Source: Alkalispirochaeta sp.
GTDB taxonomy: Bacteria; Spirochaetota; Spirochaetia; DSM-27196; Alkalispirochaetaceae
Reading direction: 5' to 3'
DNA: 64,000 bases
Assembly: GCA_965242725.1 (NCBI GenBank)
Contig: CBDESZ010000016.1
Span: 1 to 64,000 of the forward strand
A program made the translations under genes and the position numbers. Below are positions 12,838-23,552 of the stretch, piece by piece (position 1 is the stretch's first letter; every line of letters starts with the position of its first letter). The notes beneath the pieces were generated by a model, which was not told where the DNA came from, made no database searches, and was given only the letters and a program-made list of their open reading frames with translations.

Positions 12838-14751
12838 ATGAGAAAAACAGGAATCGACGCGCGTCCCCCGTTCCCGAGACGGCCGGCACCGTACGTTCTT
12901 CTCACCGTCCTCATCCCGGCCGTCCTCCTTCTTGCGGGCTGCTCTCCCCAGGCACGGATGCAGAGTGCCGTGAAGACGGGAAACTGGGACAACGTGGAGT
13001 CGTTCCTCGCGGAGTCGCTCGATGACGCCAAACCCCACGAGCTGCGGGAAGTGCATGAAGAACTGTTTCTCTCCATCAACCACGGATCGATCATCCAGAT
13101 GGATACAGAAGAAGCGGAACGGATATGGAACCTCCTCCCCCGGAAGACGCTCATGACCGACGGCGGGACCCTCGGAGAGATACAGGATCCGCCGCCGGAA
13201 GGACGGGACGGCGCGGAGAAGCTGGTCGACGCCTTCGGCGCCGCGGGCATTGCCGAAATCCAGCTCCATACCGCCCTAAGTCTCCGGGCGGGGCTCGACC
13301 GCGTTCCCGGCTATCCCGAACTGGCGCACCGTCTCGCGGAGCGGTGGCTCAGGATCTACCAAAAAGAAGGGTCCGATACGGAAGAGGCCGCCAAAATAGC
13401 CGCATATCTTGAGGAGAGCGCCCGCACGCTGTACCGCCGGGCACTGGGAGACGTCAAATCCTACTATGTCGCCGCGGAAACGTACCGGGCCGGTCTCGAC
13501 GGTGACTCCCGTTTCGCCTACGGGAACCGGGACACGATTTCACGGCTCGCGGGAGTCTGGTACCGAAGCGCCGTGTCATTAGACGAGTACGGGCAGAAGG
13601 TCCTGACGGAAGAAGAGCGCGCCCGGGGCCAGGACTTTTTTGACCGGTACATACCCAACGGAATTATCACGCAGCTGAGCCTTGAAGACATCCAATCCGA
13701 CACCGGCCTCTCTCTCTATCCCATCGGGCCGACGGGAGAAATAATTGTCGGTCATGACAACGTCCTTGAATGCTTTACCCTTGCAGGCGATCCCCTGGCA
13801 CGATGGACACTTCCCGAGGGGGAAAGCGCCCGGAACCTTCGCATTGCATACACCGACGACTACACCTTCGCGGGCCGGGGCACCCTGTACCGCTTCGTTC
13901 GGGGCGAGGAGTCCTATGCGACGATGGATACGGACGGCGCGATCGATTCCATCAGGACGCTTCCCGGGAAGCCGGAGGTCCTCCTCATCAGTCTCGAGGG
14001 GGATGAAAGAACACGGGATCTGCTGGCCGTCGACGCCGATGGGATGGAACCGATCGGCTACGCACCTGATGTCTGGAGAACGGCAACGCGACGGGAAATG
14101 GAGCACTACATATCGCCCAATGAACCCGTGCCGGTTACCTACCGGTTTGACGACAACGGTCAGCTCCGGTTCACGCAGACCGGCAGGAGCGGCTCGGAGG
14201 TATCCGTCGGGGTGCCGAACCGGGGCACCCTGACCGGCCATATACGCTTCTCGTCGGGCCCGCTCCTGCCCCACGGGTTCACCACGGCGATCTCCCCCTC
14301 GGGTGAACGGATTGCAACACTGGGTGAAGACAACCGGGTACGCATCTGGACATACCCGGAGCTCTCACCGGTAGCCACCATACAGGGCAGCGCGGACGGA
14401 TACGTGGAAATGGTGTCGGTGATGGTCCTCGGCAGCCGCATGGGAAACATTCAGTACTATACGGAGGACCATTACCAGAACCTCACCGTCTTTTACGAGT
14501 TTGACAGTCATGACCCCTTCGGCTTTCCCTCGGAAGACGCGGTGCTCCTGGTAAGTTCCCGGGCGGTCCAAAACGGGAACGGTGAGTGGGAAAAGGTGAG
14601 CCCGGCGGTCCTCCTGGACTACCGGACGGGAGAAAGAACCCCCGCGGCGGAGGCGGGCGGACTGGACGTAAGCGGGAAGGAGCGCCGGAGCCCCCTGCAG
14701 GCCACCCTGAGCCGCAGACAGGTGACGGTGGAATTGCGTCCGCCCTATTGA
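12838..14751 (+). CDS. Hypothetical lipoprotein with a C-terminal WD40/beta-propeller-like segment
   Basis: Lipobox [27 protein letters not shown] resembles a WD40 repeat. Confidence 0.65.
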   Translation: MRKTGIDARPPFPRRPAPYVLLTVLIPAVLLLAGCSPQARMQSAVKTGNWDNVESFLAESLDDAKPHELREVHEELFLSINHGSIIQMDTEEAERIWNLLPRKTLMTDGGTLGEIQDPPPEGRDGAEKLVDAFGAAGIAEIQLHTALSLRAGLDRVPGYPELAHRLAERWLRIYQKEGSDTEEAAKIAAYLEESARTLYRRALGDVKSYYVAAETYRAGLDGDSRFAYGNRDTISRLAGVWYRSAVSLDEYGQKVLTEEERARGQDFFDRYIPNGIITQLSLEDIQSDTGLSLYPIGPTGEIIVGHDNVLECFTLAGDPLARWTLPEGESARNLRIAYTDDYTFAGRGTLYRFVRGEESYATMDTDGAIDSIRTLPGKPEVLLISLEGDERTRDLLAVDADGMEPIGYAPDVWRTATRREMEHYISPNEPVPVTYRFDDNGQLRFTQTGRSGSEVSVGVPNRGTLTGHIRFSSGPLLPHGFTTAISPSGERIATLGEDNRVRIWTYPELSPVATIQGSADGYVEMVSVMVLGSRMGNIQYYTEDHYQNLTVFYEFDSHDPFGFPSEDAVLLVSSRAVQNGNGEWEKVSPAVLLDYRTGERTPAAEAGGLDVSGKERRSPLQATLSRRQVTVELRPPY

Positions 14752-14772
14752 TGAAGCGGACGTCGGGGGAGA

Positions 14773-14980
14773 CGCGTTCATCGCCGGCGCCTTCGCAAAA
14801 AAGGTCTCGAAATCGTTTTGCTCCTCAATCTGCCGACGCAATCCCGACTCGTCATAACCCGTCAACCAGGAAATGATCTCGTCGACCTCTTCCTTCGTGC
14901 GGTTCTTGCGCTCCGCTTTCCGGACGTACATCGGATAGACCTTCGCAAAGGGCATCGTAAAAATATCGTGTTTCGGCACC
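14773..14980 (-). pseudogene. 3'-truncated duplicate of the DUF2200 gene
   Basis: Encodes [17 protein letters not shown]...APAMNA, matching the first ~68 codons of 26331-26681 with 4 amino-acid differences, then stops matching. Confidence 0.85.
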
Positions 14981-15065
14981 GTCTTATCTCCACTCAACAT
15001 TGCAATGTATCGACAACTATGTACGGCGGGATATCGGCTCTTCCGGCATTTCGGAAAATATAAAC

Positions 15066-15121
15066 GAACCATCCGGTTCCGCTGAGCGGGTATCACTCAT
15101 GGCGTGAAATCACCCGGATCG
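15066..15121 (+). repeat. Dispersed structured repeat, copy 2 of 4
   Basis: Identical 24-nt core (15066-15089), 21-nt spacer, CACCCGGATCG. Confidence 0.85.
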
Positions 15122-15270
15122 ACGGGGAGATATGCGTTAAGAACTCCTTACGGGAATATGTGGTCACAGCCATATATTGGTAGTACTATTATTTTGGAAA
15201 TTTTCATGAGTGATTTAATCAGATACGTTAGAAAAATGAAGTCTATTCGGGGAGTTGACCAACAAAAGAC

Positions 15271-18200
15271 GTGGCGAATCGAAATCGTCTGAACATTATC
15301 GTTAGAATCCTCGTGCCGATCGGCCTGGTGATAATCCTATCCGGCGGATGTATTCAGCCCTTTGGATATTCACCCGAGGCGCTCAATAACGTCGAAGAAT
15401 CTGCACCGGTAAATCTGCCGACGGCGACAACGGTCGCGACACCGGTCTTTGATCATGCCCCGGGGACGTACAACAGCGATCTCTCCGTATCAATCACGTC
15501 CAGCACATCGGGGGCTGCCGTCCACTACACGATCGATGGTTCCGTCCCGACGTCCTCCTCCCCCGTTGTGGACGGACCGATCGACATTTCCGGTCACCTA
15601 ACGACGATCACCATCACCGCATTTGCCGCGAGGGAGGGTATGACACCCAGCGCTATCGTAACCGGTACCTTTGCGATAAATTACGACGCCACAAATCCGC
15701 CGACCTTCAGCCCCGACGCCGGTACCTATACGTCCGACCAGACAGTAACGATTTCAGCTCCCGACCAGGGCGCGACCATCTACTATACAACCGACGGCAG
15801 CACCCCGGACTCGGGCAATCCTGCCCACCTTTACACGGAACCCATCCCCGTTTCCGGTCACGGCACATCGGTTGAGATACGGGCGATCGCCGTGGCACCG
15901 GGGAAGACGACCAGTTCCGTTGCATCCGGCACGTGGACGATCGCCTATCCCCAGGCGGCGGCACCGGTTTTTGATCATGCCCCGGGGACGTACAACAGCG
16001 ATCTCTCCGTATCAATCACGTCCAGTACGGAGGGGGCTGCCGTCCACTACACGATCGATGGTTCCGTCCCGACATCCTCCTCCCCCGTTGTGGAAGGACC
16101 GATCGACATTTCCGGTCACCTGACGACGATCACCATCACCGCATTTGCCGCGAAGGAGGGTATGACACCCAGCGCTATCGTAACCGGTACCTTTGCGATA
16201 AATTACGACGCCACAAATCCGCCGACCTTCAGTCCCGCCGCCGGTACCTATACGTCCGACCAGACGGTGACGATTTCAGCTCCCGACCCTGACGCGACCA
16301 TCTACTATACGACCGACGGCAGCGCCCCGGACGCAGACACACCTGCGCACCTCTACACGGAACCCATACCCGTTTCCGGTCACGGCACATCGGTTGAGAT
16401 ACGGGCGATCGCCGTGGCACCGGGAAAGACGACCAGCTCCGTTGCATCCGGCACATGGACAATTGCCTATCCCCAGGCGGCGGCACCGACCTTCAGCCCC
16501 GGCGCCGATACCTATACATCCGATCAGACGGTGACGATTTCAGCTCCCGACCCTGACGCGACCATATACTATACAACCGACGGCAGCACCCCGGACTCGG
16601 GCAACCCTGCTCACCTTTACACGGAACCCATACCCGTTTCCGGTCATGGCACATCGGTTGAGATACGGGCGATCGCCGTGGCGCCGGGGAAGACGACCAG
16701 TTCCGTTGCCTCCGGCACGTGGACAATTGCCTATCCGCAAGCGGCGGCACCAACCTTCAGCCCCGCCGCCGATACCTATACATCCGATCAGACGGTGACG
16801 ATTTCAGCTCCCGACCAGGGCGCGACCATCTACTATACAACCGACGGCAGCGCCCCGGACTCGGGCAATCCTGCGCACCTCTACACGGAACCCGTACCCG
16901 TTTCCGGTCATGGCACATCGGTTGAGATACGGGCGATCGCCGTGGCACCGGGGAAGACGACCAGCTCCGTTGCATCCGGCACGTGGACGATCGCCTATCC
17001 TCAGGCGGCGGCGCCGGTTTTTGATCATGCCCCGGGGACGTACAACAGCAATCTCTCCGTATCAATCACGTCCAGCACGGCGGGGGCTGCCGTCCACTAC
17101 ACGATCGATGGTTCCGTCCCGACGTCCTCCTCCCCCGTTGTGGAAGGACCGATCGAAATTTCCGGTCACCTGACGACGATCACAATCACCGCATTTGCCG
17201 CGAAGGAGGGTATGACACCCAGCGCTATCGTGGCCCGTACCTTTACGATAAATTACGACGCCACAGATTCGCCGACCTTCAGTCCCGCCGCCGGGACGTA
17301 CCCGACCGACCAGACGGTGACGATTTCAGCTCCCGACCAGGGCGCGACCATCTACTATACAACCGACGGCAGCGCCCCGGACTCGGGCAATCCTGCTCAC
17401 CTTTACACGGAACCCATCCCCGTTTCCGGTCATGGCACATCGGTTCAGATACGGGCGATCGCCGTGGCACCGGGAAGGACGACCAGCTCCGTTGCATCCG
17501 GCACGTGGACGATCGCCTATCCCCAGGCGGCGGCGCCGACCTTCAGTCCCGCCGCCGGGACGTACCCGACCGACCAGACGGTGACGATTTCAGCTCCCGA
17601 CCAGGGCGCAACCATCTACTATACGACCGACGGCAGCGCCCCGGACTCGGGCAATCCTGCTCACCTCTACACGGAACCCATCCCCGTTTCCGGTCATGGC
17701 ACATCGGTTCAGATACGGGCGATCGCCGTGGCACCGGGAAGGACGACCAGCTCCGTTGCATCCGGCACGTGGACGATCGCCTATCCCCAGGCGGCGGCGC
17801 CGACCTTCAGTCCCGCCGCCGGGACGTACCCGACCGACCAGACGGTGACGATTTCAGCTCCCGACCAGGGCGCAACCATCTACTATACGACCGACGGCAG
17901 CGCCCCGGACTCGGGCAATCCTGCTCACCTATACACGGAACCCATCCCCGTTTCCGGTCACGGCACATCGGTTGAGATCCAAGCGATCGCCGTGGCGCCG
18001 GGGAAGACGACCAGCGTCATTGCATCCGGCACATGGACGATCGCCTATCCTCAGGCGGCGGCACCGACCTTTACGCCGCCGGGCGGTACCTTTGACAACG
18101 ATCAACAGCTTACGCTGACCACGGTCTCCCCGGGAACGGAGATTCGCTACACCACCGACGGCTCCGTACCCACCGCCGCCTCCGCATCGTATGACGGACC

Positions 18201-19203
18201 GATCACGATTAGCTCGAGCGGAACGGTCAGGGCGATCGCCGTCGGCGGCGCTTTCAGTGCGTCCCCACCGACGCAAGCGACGTTCAACCTTGTCGCGGCG
18301 CCCGTCGTCATGGACCCCGTGGGCGGTGATTATGGCTCCACCGTTTCCGTCACCTTGTCCACCGCCACGGCGGGAGCGGCAGTTCACTATACTCTCGACG
18401 GATCAGCGCCTGACGGGACGTCTCCTCAGTACGCCGGCGTCCTCAACCTTACGACGCCACTGACGCTCAAGGGGATTGCGATCAAGACCGGCTACCAGGA
18501 CTCAGCGGTGACGACGGAGTACTACGTTCCGCCGGCAGCAGAACCGGTCACCTTCAGCGTTCCCGCCGGGAGCTACGACCGCTCGCGTTCGGTCCAGCTA
18601 TCAACGGAAACGCCCGACGCGACGATCCACTACACCATCGACGGATCTCAGCCTACGACCGAATCCCCGGAGTACTCCGGCGCGGTGCAGGTACACGAGA
18701 CGCTGACGATCCGGGCAATCGCCGTGAAGCCGGGCGAGTTTGGGCCGTCTCCCGAGACGAGCGCAACCTACACAATGACCGGCGACTTCAATACAACGAC
18801 GGTTGACGACATTCAGACGGCAGTCAATGACGGGCAGTTGACGGTGACGCCGGCGGAAAACAGCGCCGCCGATCCGCTTCCGGTGGGGACGATAATTTAC
18901 CTCCAGACCGATCTCGGACGGCTGGTGAAAATCGCCCTTCGCGTCAACAACGGAACGAGCACCTTCTACGACTACATCACGTACAACACGGACGGCTCAA
19001 TCCATAGTCAGGGCATAAACAAGAACGTCAACAACAACCAGTCGATCAACGCCGACGAGGGCACACTCCACTGGATAGACCAGTTTACGGATATCACCGA
19101 CTTCGGAAGGACCGGGCCCGAGCCCCCGGCGGAGTACCCGCCTGAGTCGTTTGTGGTCCTCCAGTCCGCGACCATGCTTATCATTCCCCCGGAACTGCCA
19201 TGA
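15271..19203 (+). CDS. Large surface lipoprotein with 13 chitobiase/beta-hexosaminidase C-terminal (Fn3-associated) domains
   Basis: Signal peptide ending LSGGC; repeated PxFsP..GTY and IYYTTDGS.P motifs. Confidence 0.88.
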   Translation: MANRNRLNIIVRILVPIGLVIILSGGCIQPFGYSPEALNNVEESAPVNLPTATTVATPVFDHAPGTYNSDLSVSITSSTSGAAVHYTIDGSVPTSSSPVVDGPIDISGHLTTITITAFAAREGMTPSAIVTGTFAINYDATNPPTFSPDAGTYTSDQTVTISAPDQGATIYYTTDGSTPDSGNPAHLYTEPIPVSGHGTSVEIRAIAVAPGKTTSSVASGTWTIAYPQAAAPVFDHAPGTYNSDLSVSITSSTEGAAVHYTIDGSVPTSSSPVVEGPIDISGHLTTITITAFAAKEGMTPSAIVTGTFAINYDATNPPTFSPAAGTYTSDQTVTISAPDPDATIYYTTDGSAPDADTPAHLYTEPIPVSGHGTSVEIRAIAVAPGKTTSSVASGTWTIAYPQAAAPTFSPGADTYTSDQTVTISAPDPDATIYYTTDGSTPDSGNPAHLYTEPIPVSGHGTSVEIRAIAVAPGKTTSSVASGTWTIAYPQAAAPTFSPAADTYTSDQTVTISAPDQGATIYYTTDGSAPDSGNPAHLYTEPVPVSGHGTSVEIRAIAVAPGKTTSSVASGTWTIAYPQAAAPVFDHAPGTYNSNLSVSITSSTAGAAVHYTIDGSVPTSSSPVVEGPIEISGHLTTITITAFAAKEGMTPSAIVARTFTINYDATDSPTFSPAAGTYPTDQTVTISAPDQGATIYYTTDGSAPDSGNPAHLYTEPIPVSGHGTSVQIRAIAVAPGRTTSSVASGTWTIAYPQAAAPTFSPAAGTYPTDQTVTISAPDQGATIYYTTDGSAPDSGNPAHLYTEPIPVSGHGTSVQIRAIAVAPGRTTSSVASGTWTIAYPQAAAPTFSPAAGTYPTDQTVTISAPDQGATIYYTTDGSAPDSGNPAHLYTEPIPVSGHGTSVEIQAIAVAPGKTTSVIASGTWTIAYPQAAAPTFTPPGGTFDNDQQLTLTTVSPGTEIRYTTDGSVPTAASASYDGPITISSSGTVRAIAVGGAFSASPPTQATFNLVAAPVVMDPVGGDYGSTVSVTLSTATAGAAVHYTLDGSAPDGTSPQYAGVLNLTTPLTLKGIAIKTGYQDSAVTTEYYVPPAAEPVTFSVPAGSYDRSRSVQLSTETPDATIHYTIDGSQPTTESPEYSGAVQVHETLTIRAIAVKPGEFGPSPETSATYTMTGDFNTTTVDDIQTAVNDGQLTVTPAENSAADPLPVGTIIYLQTDLGRLVKIALRVNNGTSTFYDYITYNTDGSIHSQGINKNVNNNQSINADEGTLHWIDQFTDITDFGRTGPEPPAEYPPESFVVLQSATMLIIPPELP
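15436..18060 (+). repeat. Intragenic tandem repeats of ~258-264 bp, two unit types in the order A-B-A-B-B-B-A-B-B-B
   Basis: A units start PVFDHAPGTYNS and B units start PTFSPxAxTY; DNA is near-identical between copies of each type. Confidence 0.9.
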
Positions 19204-20870
19204 AAGTCTGGCTCAAGGTTGCCTTTGTGGTCCTCCCGGTACTTCTCGCAACGCTCATAATCGGCGGCGTATCCTCCTATCTGGTAGCGGTCAACGCGGT
19301 GAATCGCGTTACAACCGAATTTCTGGATTTTAAAGTTGCAGAGCTGGAGAAATACATGGCCGGGCAGTGGGACCTCCTGGCACAAAACGGTCTGACCGGC
19401 AATCCGGTCATGCGTCAGGCGACGCAGGCCGGTATCGAGGTGTACGCGACCAGCCTCGTGAGGAGCGAGACGGAATTGATCTTTGCCCTTACCCCTGCGC
19501 GTGAGGTGGCGATGGCGACCGGAGAGATCACGCTTACCGACGCCGAGCGCGATATGCTGGGGGCGTATCTGTCGCGGGAGGCTGGGCCGGATATTCGGGC
19601 GCTCCAGACGATCTCCGTCGACGGTGTGGAACGCATCGCAATGGGTTTCATCTTTGAGCCCTTTGAGTGGCTCGTCCTGGTCACCGAAGACCGCACCGCC
19701 TTTTACACCTACCTCAACCGGATCACGATCCAGACGATCGTCCTGATCATCGGCGGAACGGTATTCTCCCTCCTCCTGATCCTCTTCTTCGTCCGGTACA
19801 CGATGCAGCCGCTGACACGAATGGCGGGTACGATGAAGGAGATCATCTCTTCCAACGATCTGAGCGCCCGTGTGCCGGTAGAACACAACGATGAGATCGG
19901 GCAGGTTTCCCACACGTTCAACATTATGGTCGGCGAACTGGACAAGGCGTACAGTGCGATCAAGCAGTACGCCTTTGACGCGGTGGTGGCTCAAAAAAAA
20001 GAGATCAAGATCCGCAACATCTTTCAGAAGTACGTGCCACAGGAACTGATAGACCGTTTCTTTGAAAACCCGGAGGCGATGCTGGTGGGTGAAAATCGCA
20101 ACCTCTCCATCCTCTTTTCCGATATTCGCAGTTTTACTTCCATTTCCGAGCGTATGGCGCCGGAAGACCTGGTGGGATCGCTCAACCGGTACTTTTCGAT
20201 GATGGTGGATATTATCATGAACCGGAATGGGGTGGTGGATAAGTACATCGGTGACGCCATAATGGCGCTCTTTGGCGCTCCGGTGCAGCATGACGACGAT
20301 CCGGTCCAGTCGGTCCGTGCGGGAATCGAAATGGTCTCGTCGGTCCGCCAATTCAACACTGAGCAATTGCGCCAGGGGAAGCCGGAGTTCCTCATCGGCG
20401 TCGGGATCGCCTACGGTATCGTGACGGTGGGAAATATCGGCACGGAACGGAAGATGGACTATACCGTTATCGGCGACATGGTGAATCTGGCGTCCAGACT
20501 GGAGGGGCTCACCAAGCTGTACAAACAGGAAATCATCATCTCCGAGAGCCTCTACGACCAGGTCCACACCGTGCTTCCCTGCCGGCTTATCGATGCGGTC
20601 GCCGTGAAAGGAAAGAGTCAGGGAGTCAAAATATATACGACCGCCGGAGAGCTGACCCCGGCGGAACAAGCGGTATGGGATCTCCACAACCGGGGCATGG
20701 ACGAGTACTTCAATCGCGATTTCGAGGGGAGCCGTGCAACCTTTCTTGAAGTCGCTTTCAAGGCCGGTCCGGAGCGCATCACCGATATGATGATCCAGCG
20801 GTGTACAGAGTTTCTATCAACTCCTCCTCCGGAGGACTGGAACGGGGTTGAAGTCATAAAGACCAAGTAG
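19200..20870 (+). CDS. Class III adenylate/guanylate cyclase with HAMP domain, membrane-anchored
   Basis: LFSDIRSFT, VDKYIGDAIMA and DYTVIGDMVNLASRLE motifs; ATGA overlap with the upstream lipoprotein gene. Confidence 0.95.
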   Translation: MKVWLKVAFVVLPVLLATLIIGGVSSYLVAVNAVNRVTTEFLDFKVAELEKYMAGQWDLLAQNGLTGNPVMRQATQAGIEVYATSLVRSETELIFALTPAREVAMATGEITLTDAERDMLGAYLSREAGPDIRALQTISVDGVERIAMGFIFEPFEWLVLVTEDRTAFYTYLNRITIQTIVLIIGGTVFSLLLILFFVRYTMQPLTRMAGTMKEIISSNDLSARVPVEHNDEIGQVSHTFNIMVGELDKAYSAIKQYAFDAVVAQKKEIKIRNIFQKYVPQELIDRFFENPEAMLVGENRNLSILFSDIRSFTSISERMAPEDLVGSLNRYFSMMVDIIMNRNGVVDKYIGDAIMALFGAPVQHDDDPVQSVRAGIEMVSSVRQFNTEQLRQGKPEFLIGVGIAYGIVTVGNIGTERKMDYTVIGDMVNLASRLEGLTKLYKQEIIISESLYDQVHTVLPCRLIDAVAVKGKSQGVKIYTTAGELTPAEQAVWDLHNRGMDEYFNRDFEGSRATFLEVAFKAGPERITDMMIQRCTEFLSTPPPEDWNGVEVIKTK

Positions 20871-20872
20871 AA

Positions 20873-22153
20873 ATGATGACCCACTCACGGAAGAACGACA
20901 CATCAGTGGCAACGAGAAACACGGCGGCAACAACTGCTCTTGGTATCCTGATGATCTCGCTCATTACAGGAAATCTGGTCGCCCGTGAGCCCCCTCGCCA
21001 GGTGGCCGTCGTTTCCATACAGAACCTGTCCGGTACGGAGATCCCCGATCCCCTTGAACAGATCTTCCGCACGGCGCTGATGGAGCTCTTTCAACCCTTG
21101 GGATTTCTCATACGAGTCGCGGATGAGGAAGGAGAAACGGGCGGGGGCTTCGCCGGCGCGGAGGCGGACACCGATTCCGCCCTCACAGGTCATCCCATCG
21201 CAGGTCATCCCGGCGCATTCCTTCTCGCTGCGGAAGAAATGGACGCCGCCGTCGCGCTATCGGGATTTGTACGCGTCACCGATGAGACCGTCCTTTTCCA
21301 GTTGAAGCTCTACGACGTGGAACAACGCACCGTCCTTGCCACTATCGCTGAGGAGCGCCGTCCGGGCCTCTCCCTGTACAACGCCGTCCGCTCAACGATC
21401 GCCGGGCTGGCACCCGTTCTCGAGACGTTCCTGAACGACCGTTCCGTCTATTTCGCGCCGACAAACCGCGTGGAAACGATCGTCATACGCTCACCCGACG
21501 AAGGCGCAACGGTATCGATTGCCGGCAGCGCCGTCGGGACGATCACCGAAGGAACGCTCAGCGTTCCCTTTACCCCCTTCCCGCTCGGGACCGCCATAGA
21601 TATCCGGACGGAGAAACCCGGATACCACACCCGATCCACGACACATACGCTCGACCGGCGGGACAACGAGATTATCCTCGACCCCCTCATACCGTTCACC
21701 GAAAACGCGCTCTCCCCATTGATGGAGGTCGCCCCGTTTATCGGGATCGGCGTGGGTTATAAGAAATATCTCGTGCCGGACACCACCTTCGGGTACGCCC
21801 GGGCAGCTCTTCTCACGGACCTGACGCGAAGACGTACGGTCCGCGGTGATATCTCACTTGTCGTCGGCCGCTACCTGCTTCTTCCGGTTCACTCTCCCCT
21901 GCGCCTTCACCTCACGGTCGGTGGCGGGTACATGCGTACGGCGCAAATAGACGGGACCACCAGCTGGTTTGGTGATTGGTATATCTCATTGGGAAACCCC
22001 ACCGTAGAGGCGAACATCGGTGCGCTCCGTTTGTTTGCGACCACAGAGATCCGTTACGCCCTTGGAACCGCCGGGGGCGACCAGGCACGGGGGTGGCAGC
22101 TCGCACCGGGTTTCATGCCGCCCCTTTCCGTCGGGGTAGTGATTCCGTGGTAA
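20873..22153 (+). CDS. Hypothetical exported/outer-membrane protein
   Basis: 426-aa ORF with signal peptide, beta-rich C-terminus ending in W, 2 bp after the cyclase stop. Confidence 0.65.
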   Translation: MMTHSRKNDTSVATRNTAATTALGILMISLITGNLVAREPPRQVAVVSIQNLSGTEIPDPLEQIFRTALMELFQPLGFLIRVADEEGETGGGFAGAEADTDSALTGHPIAGHPGAFLLAAEEMDAAVALSGFVRVTDETVLFQLKLYDVEQRTVLATIAEERRPGLSLYNAVRSTIAGLAPVLETFLNDRSVYFAPTNRVETIVIRSPDEGATVSIAGSAVGTITEGTLSVPFTPFPLGTAIDIRTEKPGYHTRSTTHTLDRRDNEIILDPLIPFTENALSPLMEVAPFIGIGVGYKKYLVPDTTFGYARAALLTDLTRRRTVRGDISLVVGRYLLLPVHSPLRLHLTVGGGYMRTAQIDGTTSWFGDWYISLGNPTVEANIGALRLFATTEIRYALGTAGGDQARGWQLAPGFMPPLSVGVVIPW

Positions 22154-23475
22154 CACGTACCTTCGTCATTGCGATTGTCGTCCTCGGTCTTTCGGCAGGC
22201 GGCATGTCCGGCATATGCGGTATAGAAGCCCAGGAAAGCAGTTCCCCGGCGAGTCCCGGCACACTACGTGAAGACACACCCCCTGCAGTCGCCATATCCG
22301 ACGCACAACCGCAACGACGACGGCTCCTTGTTTTCTTTGGCGCCGCGCCGACACTCAGCCCCGTCGATACCCGTCTCGTCTACGAGTCGTTCATAGACGC
22401 CCTCCGCAGGTCCGACGGGAATCTCACCCTGCTGGAGCATACGACCCTCTCCATACCGCAGCTGTGGGAGGAGAGGTACGCAGAAGCGCGTCGCAGGGGC
22501 GCCCACGGATGGCTGACGGTGACGGTTGACGGGAATATGGATGACCTCCGGATCTCCGCGGACTCCTTCGATATTCTCAGGAATAGCGGCGTTGAAAACA
22601 TCATTGCGCCGCCGGACCGCCCCGTTCCATTCCGATTTATCCGCCAGGCATACTGGATCCCCCTGACGGAACCCCGGACTACCCGACAGCGGTGGAACAC
22701 GCCGCTCTTTACCACCGTAGCCCTCATCGTCCACGCGCCGGAGGGAACCGTCCTCTCGGGCATCACCCCCGAGCCGGTAACGGTCGGTCCCGAAGGGTGG
22801 ATCGAGATACCCGTACCGCCGCCCGCCACCGTGACACTTCGCGGCGAGCTGCCGGGCCATACGGCGGCAGTACAAACGGTGTACATACGGTATGATCCGG
22901 TGACGATCGTCCTTGAACCGACATCGTATGCACACTGGGCTGCGGAGTTTCGAGCTAACGGACTCCAGTTTCCGGCTGTGCGGGCAACGTGGTATCCCCT
23001 TCCCGGTGTCGTGTATCTCAAAGCGGGAGGCATGACCTATCTCATGGGACTGTATTTACTGGATGAGGACACCTCCGATTCCGCCCCCGATTTGATAGCG
23101 TCCAATCCCTTATCGCTGCTCACAATCCATGGCGGGGGCTACTTCACCGCGCCGGAACGGCCTGTACGCCTGTATGGTGACGTCGGTGCGTTTCTCAGGC
23201 TCAACCACTCGGGCGGCGCCATGTCCGTTGATTCGGTTGCTCCCTGGGGGCTATCCGCCGCATTGGGGGTGGAATACGCGCCGCTCGGAAAGATCCGTTT
23301 CTTCCTGGAGTACGAGCCGCTTATATATCTTCCCCCATCGGTGGATGATTTCTTGAAGGTCTCCTTCCCCCCGGACTACTACTCGGGCCGGTCCGTTCCG
23401 GGACATATCGTCACCGATGACGCGGTTATCGATATGCGCAACATCGTCCTGGGAATACGGTATTCCTTTCGGTAA
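22147..23475 (+). CDS. Hypothetical exported/outer-membrane protein
   Basis: GTG start overlapping the upstream stop; signal peptide; beta-barrel-like C-terminus (LGIRYSFR). Confidence 0.65.
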   Translation: MVTRTFVIAIVVLGLSAGGMSGICGIEAQESSSPASPGTLREDTPPAVAISDAQPQRRRLLVFFGAAPTLSPVDTRLVYESFIDALRRSDGNLTLLEHTTLSIPQLWEERYAEARRRGAHGWLTVTVDGNMDDLRISADSFDILRNSGVENIIAPPDRPVPFRFIRQAYWIPLTEPRTTRQRWNTPLFTTVALIVHAPEGTVLSGITPEPVTVGPEGWIEIPVPPPATVTLRGELPGHTAAVQTVYIRYDPVTIVLEPTSYAHWAAEFRANGLQFPAVRATWYPLPGVVYLKAGGMTYLMGLYLLDEDTSDSAPDLIASNPLSLLTIHGGGYFTAPERPVRLYGDVGAFLRLNHSGGAMSVDSVAPWGLSAALGVEYAPLGKIRFFLEYEPLIYLPPSVDDFLKVSFPPDYYSGRSVPGHIVTDDAVIDMRNIVLGIRYSFR

Positions 23476-23500
23476 CGGCGGGGCTACTGGTCGGTACCCA

Positions 23501-23524
23501 CGCGGTACCCCCGGGGTACCCGCG
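23501..23524. terminator. GC-rich hairpin between convergent genes
   Basis: CGCGGTACCCC-C-GGGGTACCCGCG imperfect palindrome; no clear U tract. Confidence 0.35.
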
Positions 23525-23552
23525 GCGCGGGCCGTCCGTATGTGAAAAGCAC

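Noticed and set aside
14365..15096. 243-aa minus-strand ORF as a real extended DUF2200 protein
   Set aside because: It is a chimera of the repeat, the truncated DUF2200 copy and antisense read-through of the lipoprotein gene.
15436..18060. Long tandem repeats as a CRISPR array or DGR template/variable repeat pair
   Set aside because: They are in-frame protein domain repeats, differences are not confined to adenines, and no reverse transcriptase is present.
5646..20687. Long antisense ORFs (e.g. 5646-6731, 8714-10093, 11831-12841, 19008-20687)
   Set aside because: They are shadows of well-supported genes on the opposite strand in GC-rich DNA and carry no recognisable motifs.
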